NCBI GenBank assembly: GCA_964605225.1
Contig: CAZSAY010000004.1
Coordinates: 1 to 60,658, forward strand
Length of the DNA stretch: 60,658 nt
Direction: 5' to 3'
DNA from: an uncultured Thermodesulfobacteriota bacterium
Lineage (GTDB): Bacteria > Desulfobacterota > GWC2-55-46 > JADFVP01
Both the position numbers and the translations under genes were made by a program. The notes under the pieces were generated by a model, which saw only the letters and a program-made list of their open reading frames with translations, did no database searches and was not told the DNA's origin. Below, piece after piece: positions 56,859-60,658 of the stretch (position 1 is its first letter; each line of letters opens with the position of its first letter).

Positions 56859-57632
56859 ATGAAACTCCTTATATTAGGTTGCGGCACATCTACGGGTGTG
56901 CCTGTAATAGGGTGTGCCTGCGAGGTATGCCTCTCAGCGGACCCACGAAACACACGCACACGGTCTTCCGTCCTTCTGAAGACCAAAACCCTTAATATCC
57001 TAATCGACACATCTACGGATCTACGCGCTCAGGCCCTCTCTTTTGGCATTAAAAGAGTAGACGCCGTCCTCTTCACCCATCCCCATGCCGACCATATACA
57101 CGGAATAGACGAGCTCCGCTCTTTTAATATGATTCAAGACGGCCCCATCCCGTGTTTTTCCAACAGCGAAACAGCGGAACGCATCAAGACAATCTTTAAT
57201 TATATATTCAACCCCGAGAGGGCCGACAGCATCACGCCACAGCTCTCGATAAACGTAGTGAACGGGCCTTTCAGCGTAGGTCCCGTGGAGGTCATCCCCA
57301 TAGAGGCAAGGCATGGCCGGGCCATGGTACTGGGGTTTCGCATCAAGGATTTTGCCTATATGACGGATTGTAGCCTGATACCCCCCGCCTCCATGAGCAA
57401 GCTTCGTGGCCTTGAACTTCTTGTCCTTGACGCGCTCAGATTCAGGTCCCATCCCACTCATATGAACATAGATGAGGCCATAGAGGTGGTGAGAAAACTC
57501 TCCCCCCGCAGGACAATCCTCACGCACCTCAGTCACGAGATAGATTACGAGCGGGATAACCCGAGGCTCCCCGGGGCCATGGAGTTTGCCTTTGATGGCA
57601 TGGTTGTAGAAGATATCGGGGGTAATGGGTGA
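56859..57632 (+). CDS. MBL-fold metallo-hydrolase (PhnP-like)
   Basis: LGCGTSTGVP.IGC.C.VC, THPHADHIHG, YMTD, THLSH. Confidence 0.9.
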   Translation: MKLLILGCGTSTGVPVIGCACEVCLSADPRNTRTRSSVLLKTKTLNILIDTSTDLRAQALSFGIKRVDAVLFTHPHADHIHGIDELRSFNMIQDGPIPCFSNSETAERIKTIFNYIFNPERADSITPQLSINVVNGPFSVGPVEVIPIEARHGRAMVLGFRIKDFAYMTDCSLIPPASMSKLRGLELLVLDALRFRSHPTHMNIDEAIEVVRKLSPRRTILTHLSHEIDYERDNPRLPGAMEFAFDGMVVEDIGGNG

Positions 57633-57672
57633 CGGCGGCGTGAGGAGTGAGTAGAATACCGGTTTGATGATT

Positions 57673-57910
57673 CCCCTATCTCTTTTCTTTGTCAGGCTTT
57701 TTGCCAGGACAAGGTTGTATCCAAGGGTGGCCGCAGGTGATGTTAGTGGCGAAGTTGCCCCCCTATTGGTTTTCTTTGCCAAGCTTTTTGTCAGGACAAC
57801 GATAGTATCCAAGGGTGGCCGCAGGGGATGTTAGTGGCGAAGTTGCTCCCCTATTGGTTTTCTTTGCCAAGCTTTCTTTTTTCCAAAAGAAAGCGGAAGG
57901 TTTTTTTAAA
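57673..57910 (+). repeat. Dispersed repeat copy F: two ~87-bp tandem units plus terminal hairpin
   Basis: Cores at 57675, 57762, 57850 (periods 87 and 88); GTATCCAAGGGTGGCCGCAGG.GATGTTAGTGGCGAAGTTGC twice. Confidence 0.92.
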
Positions 57911-58846
57911 GTGAAAAAAGCAATAATCTCCATCGGCGGTAACGCCTTAATAAAGCGCGGCGAGTCCGGGACCATTGAAGAGCAGTTTCATAATGCCGGG
58001 GCCGCCTGCACCCTTGCGTCAAAGTTACTGGCAGAGGGATGGGGGGTAATCATCACGCACGGCAACGGCCCTGTAGTGGGAAATATCGTCATCAGAAACG
58101 AGGCGGCAAAGGAGTTTATTCCGCCCATGCCCCTCTATATATCCGACGCCGACTCCGAGGGCGGGCTCGGATTCATGATTCAGCAGACCATATATAACGA
58201 GTTTATAAAGGCCGCTATTAAGACCGAGGTAGTCACCCTTATTACGCAGGTCGTTGTAAACCCCGAAGACCCTGCATTCATGGCTCCCACTAAACCCGTG
58301 GGACCATATTACACAAAAGACGAGGCCCAAAGACTTGGCCGGACAAAGGGCTGGACCATGCGGGAAGAAATCGGCCGCGGCATACGCCGCGTGGTCCCAT
58401 CGCCGAGGCCGCTTCGCATAATAGAGGCAGGTGTCATCAAGGCCCTCTCGGAGAGCGGCGTAGTGGTAATAGCGGCAGGCGGAGGCGGCGTCCCGGTTGT
58501 GGAGACAGATGAGGGGACCCTTAAGGGCGTAGACGCCGTAGTGGATAAAGACCTCTCAACGACTCTTCTCGCGAAAGAGACGGAGGCGAAGCGTATACTC
58601 AACCTTACAAGTATTGATGGCGTGTATCTTGATTTCGGTGGACCAGAGCAGAGGCCCCTTCGTGAGCTCAAGGTAAGAGACGCCAAAAAATATTTTGAGC
58701 AAGGTGAGTTCGCGTCGGGTAGTATGGGGCCGAAGATTGAGGCGGCCATAGAGTTTATCGAGTCAGGCGGCGAGGAGGTAATAATAACCACACCGGCCCT
58801 TATGAGCGAGGCCATGGAAGGCCGCGTTGGGACGAGGATCTTTTAA
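57911..58846 (+). CDS. arcC: Carbamate kinase
   Basis: SIGGNAL, THGNGP, TKPVGP, RRVVPSP.P, GGGGVPV, AVVDKD, GSMGPK; start set at GTG 57911. Confidence 0.92.
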   Translation: MKKAIISIGGNALIKRGESGTIEEQFHNAGAACTLASKLLAEGWGVIITHGNGPVVGNIVIRNEAAKEFIPPMPLYISDADSEGGLGFMIQQTIYNEFIKAAIKTEVVTLITQVVVNPEDPAFMAPTKPVGPYYTKDEAQRLGRTKGWTMREEIGRGIRRVVPSPRPLRIIEAGVIKALSESGVVVIAAGGGGVPVVETDEGTLKGVDAVVDKDLSTTLLAKETEAKRILNLTSIDGVYLDFGGPEQRPLRELKVRDAKKYFEQGEFASGSMGPKIEAAIEFIESGGEEVIITTPALMSEAMEGRVGTRIF

Positions 58847-58874
58847 TCCATAACCTTAAGAAGAGAGCGAAAAG

Positions 58875-60155
58875 ATGTCAAGTGATACGATAACGTGCCC
58901 AAACTGCGACGAGACCATACCCCTCACAGAGGCACTCTCACGGGAGATTAGTGAGGGTTTTAAAAAGGAATATGAGGCGCGCGAACGCGAAAGGGAAAAA
59001 GATATCAACAGGCGCGAGGAGGAATTAAGGAAGGAAAAGGCCGGTGTGGAGAGGCTCGTAACGGAAAAACTCTCGGCAGAGCGCGCCCGTCTTGAGCTTG
59101 AGGCACGAAAACGGGCCGAGCAGGCGGCGGCGGTAAAGATAACCGCCCTTGAGGAAGAAACCATTAAGAACAAAAAACTTCTTGCAGAGGCGAACCAGAA
59201 GGAGTTGGCCCACCTGAAAGAAAAGAGCGCCTTCGAAGATGAAAAAAGAGACTTCGAACTGAAAAAGGCCCGCGCCATGGAAGAAGAACGCACAGCCATA
59301 AGAGAAAAGGCTGAAAAGGTCTTTATCGAGGAACATCGCCTGAAAGATCTTGAAAAAGACAAAATGATTCAAGACATGAAAGGTATCATAACAGAGCTCA
59401 AGAGAAAATCCGAGCAGGGCTCAATGCAGACGCAGGGCGAGGTCATGGAGCTTGACCTTGAGGGCGCGCTGAAGGTCCGTTTCCCCTTTGACGAGATTGT
59501 GCCCGTGCCAAAAGGCATACGGGGAGCGGACATTATACAGAAGGTTCATACTAATACGGGACACTACTGCGGCACAATAATATGGGAACTGAAACGCACA
59601 AAGGCATGGAGCGGCGAGTGGCTTATAAAACTAAAAGATGATCAGCGCGAAGTAAAGGCCGATATCGCCGTTATCGCTACCGAGGCCATGCCTAAAGAGA
59701 CAAGTTCCTTTGATCTCATAGACGGCGTATGGGTGACGGAATACCATCTTGCCGGGAACCTTGCCTATGTCCTCAGAGAATCTCTTGTGAACGCGGCGCG
59801 TATCGTACAATCAGCCGTGGGCAAAGAGGAGAAGATGGAGGCCATATACAAGTATCTATCCGGTTCGGAGTTCACACAAAAAGTAAGGGCCGTACTTGAG
59901 ACTACCAATATCCTGAAGGCCGAGCTGAGCAAGGAAAAGGCCGCCATGAACAGGCTCTGGGGCAAACGCGATAAGCAGATAGATAAGATATTCATTACTA
60001 CGGCCGGGATGTACGGCGACCTTGAGGGCATTATAGGCGCGGCACTGCCCCCTATAAAGGCGCTTGAGCTTGAAGAGGGGAACAATGAGGTTGAAGAGGC
60101 CTCTCTACCTTCTCTCGAAGTGGGAAGAGACGAAAAAGAAGAAGAACTCTTTTAA
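58875..60155 (+). CDS. DUF2130-domain coiled-coil protein
   Basis: N-terminal CPNC, long coiled coil, SMQTQGEVME, GADIIQ, IIWELKRTKAW. Confidence 0.85.
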   Translation: MSSDTITCPNCDETIPLTEALSREISEGFKKEYEAREREREKDINRREEELRKEKAGVERLVTEKLSAERARLELEARKRAEQAAAVKITALEEETIKNKKLLAEANQKELAHLKEKSAFEDEKRDFELKKARAMEEERTAIREKAEKVFIEEHRLKDLEKDKMIQDMKGIITELKRKSEQGSMQTQGEVMELDLEGALKVRFPFDEIVPVPKGIRGADIIQKVHTNTGHYCGTIIWELKRTKAWSGEWLIKLKDDQREVKADIAVIATEAMPKETSSFDLIDGVWVTEYHLAGNLAYVLRESLVNAARIVQSAVGKEEKMEAIYKYLSGSEFTQKVRAVLETTNILKAELSKEKAAMNRLWGKRDKQIDKIFITTAGMYGDLEGIIGAALPPIKALELEEGNNEVEEASLPSLEVGRDEKEEELF

Positions 60156-60214
60156 GTCCTGCCATGGACTCAGCGTGAGACTTAAGATATATTATAGGCA
60201 TAGGGGGGTTTGAT

Positions 60215-60508
60215 GTGACAACTACATCTATCATCATAATAATATACATAGTGGCGGCCCTATGCGTGGGCGTTGCCTTGGGCTTTATGGCAAGTAAAGA
60301 CGGAGGCAGTTTCGTCAAATGGTTTTTGTACGGCGCGCTATTGCCTTTTATCGCCTTGCCAAAGGCCCTCTCTATAATTAAGGGTGTGGCCAGTACCGGC
60401 GGCGGAGGAGGCGGCGGCTACAAAAAATGTATGTACTGCCGTAAAAAAGTCAAATTCAGCGCCACGCACTGCCCCAAATGCGGCTACGAGTTTATAGACT
60501 GGCAATGA
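60215..60508 (+). CDS. Small membrane protein with C-terminal zinc ribbon
   Basis: Two hydrophobic helices, Gly linker, CMYC...CPKCG. Confidence 0.7.
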   Translation: MTTTSIIIIIYIVAALCVGVALGFMASKDGGSFVKWFLYGALLPFIALPKALSIIKGVASTGGGGGGGYKKCMYCRKKVKFSATHCPKCGYEFIDWQ

Positions 60509-60519
60509 GAAGGGCTTAA

Positions 60520-60658
60520 AAACCTTTCCGCTTTCTTTTGGAAAAAAGAAAGCTTGGCAAAGAAAACCAATAGGGGATCCACAGAGCCACTAACATTCCC
60601 CGTGGCCGCCCTTGGATTCAACCTTGCCCTGGCAAAAAGCTTGGCAAAGAAAACCAAT
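60520..60658 (-). repeat. Dispersed repeat copy G (hairpin + unit + core, cut by window end)
   Basis: Reverse complement of copy F; GGCAAAGAAAACCAAT ends at 60571 and 60658 (period 87). Confidence 0.92.

Noticed and set aside
55739-57812. Long minus-strand ORFs (55739-56644, 57021-57812)
   Set aside because: They overlap well-supported plus-strand genes; the start of the second is translated repeat sequence.
57673-57910. CRISPR array interpretation of the tandem repeat
   Set aside because: The conserved part is ~75 bp and the variable part ~13 bp, and two adjacent variable segments are identical. There are at most three units and no cas genes or leader.
57815-57910. N-terminal extension of carbamate kinase
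   Set aside because: It lies wholly within the repeat (LLVFFAKLSFFQKKA); homology starts at the GTG at 57911.

Overview
A 60.7-kb chromosomal stretch from a GC-rich bacterium. The gene content (split atp operon with b'/b, OmcE- and c7-type cytochromes, MXAN_5187-like protein, hopanoid genes) points to a deltaproteobacterial/Desulfobacterota-like lineage; this is inference. In order: a hopanoid biosynthesis/tailoring/transport locus (hpnH, ispH, hpnA, two unassigned radical SAM enzymes, an HpnL-like flippase-family protein, a nucleotidyltransferase/CDP-alcohol phosphotransferase fusion, hpnN, hpnM, MlaC-like); an Rrf2-iscS-iscU-mnmA-mtaB-rnc-radical SAM block; an HD-GYP response regulator with a PAS histidine kinase; an AT-rich lone HEPN gene; the atpF-H-A-G-D-C operon, in which b' and b are fused in one ORF; tldD; and a ~12-kb multiheme cytochrome locus. 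That locus holds two OmcE-like tetrahemes, a c7 triheme lipoprotein, an NHL beta-propeller lipoprotein, a parvulin PPIase, a monoheme cytochrome, a diheme-FGE fusion, a second FGE-domain lipoprotein, a large beta-barrel and a TPR protein. It looks like a cytochrome-nanowire assembly system with unusual additions. Further on are a TMTC-like GT-C/TPR protein, a cryptic class III nucleotidyl cyclase, larE, a PP-loop sulfurtransferase and several housekeeping genes. A dispersed modular ~87-bp intergenic repeat with a terminal hairpin occurs at six or more loci, including both ends of the window. No rRNA, tRNA, CRISPR array or transposase was recognised. All family calls come from motif recognition, not database searches.
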